DNA of 29,002 nt from IMG/VR virus record IMGVR_UViG_3300021256_000063, positions 128,001 to 157,002 of that record; one strand, written 5' to 3'. This document shows positions 28,689-29,002 of this stretch, piece by piece (position 1 is the stretch's first letter; every line of letters begins with the position of its first letter). The notes under the pieces are model-generated. The model worked only from the letters and a program-made list of their open reading frames with translations, searched no databases and was not told where the DNA came from. A program made the translations under genes and the position numbers. Source of the stretch: a virus. Its lineage: Duplodnaviria > Heunggongvirae > Uroviricota > Caudoviricetes.

Positions 28689-29002
28689 TCATTCAAAAAT
28701 ATAAGTCAGTTCAACATCCTGCCCAATAATCTTATCTACAACACCCAAGTCCTTACCCTTATCAGCAAAGAAGTAATATTCCTTATCAAAAGTCTTATCA
28801 TAGAACTCTGGATCAATTTTGGTTACAGACAAAATCATTTTCTTGATTCTTTCCTCGGTATAGTCATTAAAAGCAATGAAATCCTTAACCTTGGAATTAG
28901 AACCAGCAATATCGATGGTTCCGTCATGCTGAAGGAATGTTGTATTTTCAAATGCAATTCTGTCATGCCCGTTAATATAGATATAGTAAGCAGCCGATGC
29001 TA
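28689..29002 (-). CDS. ClpP-like serine protease, 3' part (missing from ORF track)
   Basis: Hand translation: ASAAYYIYINGHDRIAFENTTFLQHDG...KEYYFFADKGKDLGVVDKIIG...IFE*. It matches the ClpP Ser (AS), His (QH) and C-terminal G(L/V)(I/V)D motifs. Confidence 0.8.
   Translation of the reverse strand, partial: ASAAYYIYINGHDRIAFENTTFLQHDGTIDIAGSNSKVKDFIAFNDYTEERIKKMILSVTKIDPEFYDKTFDKEYYFFADKGKDLGVVDKIIGQDVELTYIFE

Noticed and set aside
1-29002. CRISPR array, IS element, integrase, reverse transcriptase/DGR
   Set aside because: No regularly spaced repeats or corresponding protein motifs were seen by eye.

Overview
This window is the head-and-tail morphogenesis operon of a large, AT-rich, SPbeta-like tailed phage or prophage. 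The host is probably Bacillota, inferred from strong AGGAGG RBSs and the gene order. All real genes are on the minus strand. In transcription order they are: ClpP-like protease (partial), metallophosphoesterase, tRNA(CAU), putative small terminase, large terminase, portal, prohead protease/scaffold, capsid-associated protein, major capsid, neck genes, tail tube, a free-standing zinc-ribbon/Vsr-like endonuclease, small ORFs, a RuvC-like resolvase, two tail genes and a giant tape measure protein (TMP) that runs off the window. The main result is not visible in the ORF track: three group I self-splicing introns interrupt virion structural genes. Two are in the TMP (2495-2862 ORF-less; 713-2252 carrying a homing endonuclease) and flank a 242-nt exon. 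One is in the tail tube gene (14040 to about 14401, ORF-less), next to the free-standing endonuclease. Two perfect TTGACA-16-TATAAT promoters that share a 15-mer each point at one of the two endonucleases, and one of them lies inside the L6 loop of an ORF-less intron. This suggests a cooperative intron/endonuclease mobility system in the tail module. A candidate terminator/antiterminator RNA (11930-12061), a nested scaffold start and an atypical fMet-like tRNA are also present. All assignments come from motif reading, hand base-pairing and synteny; no database searches were run.
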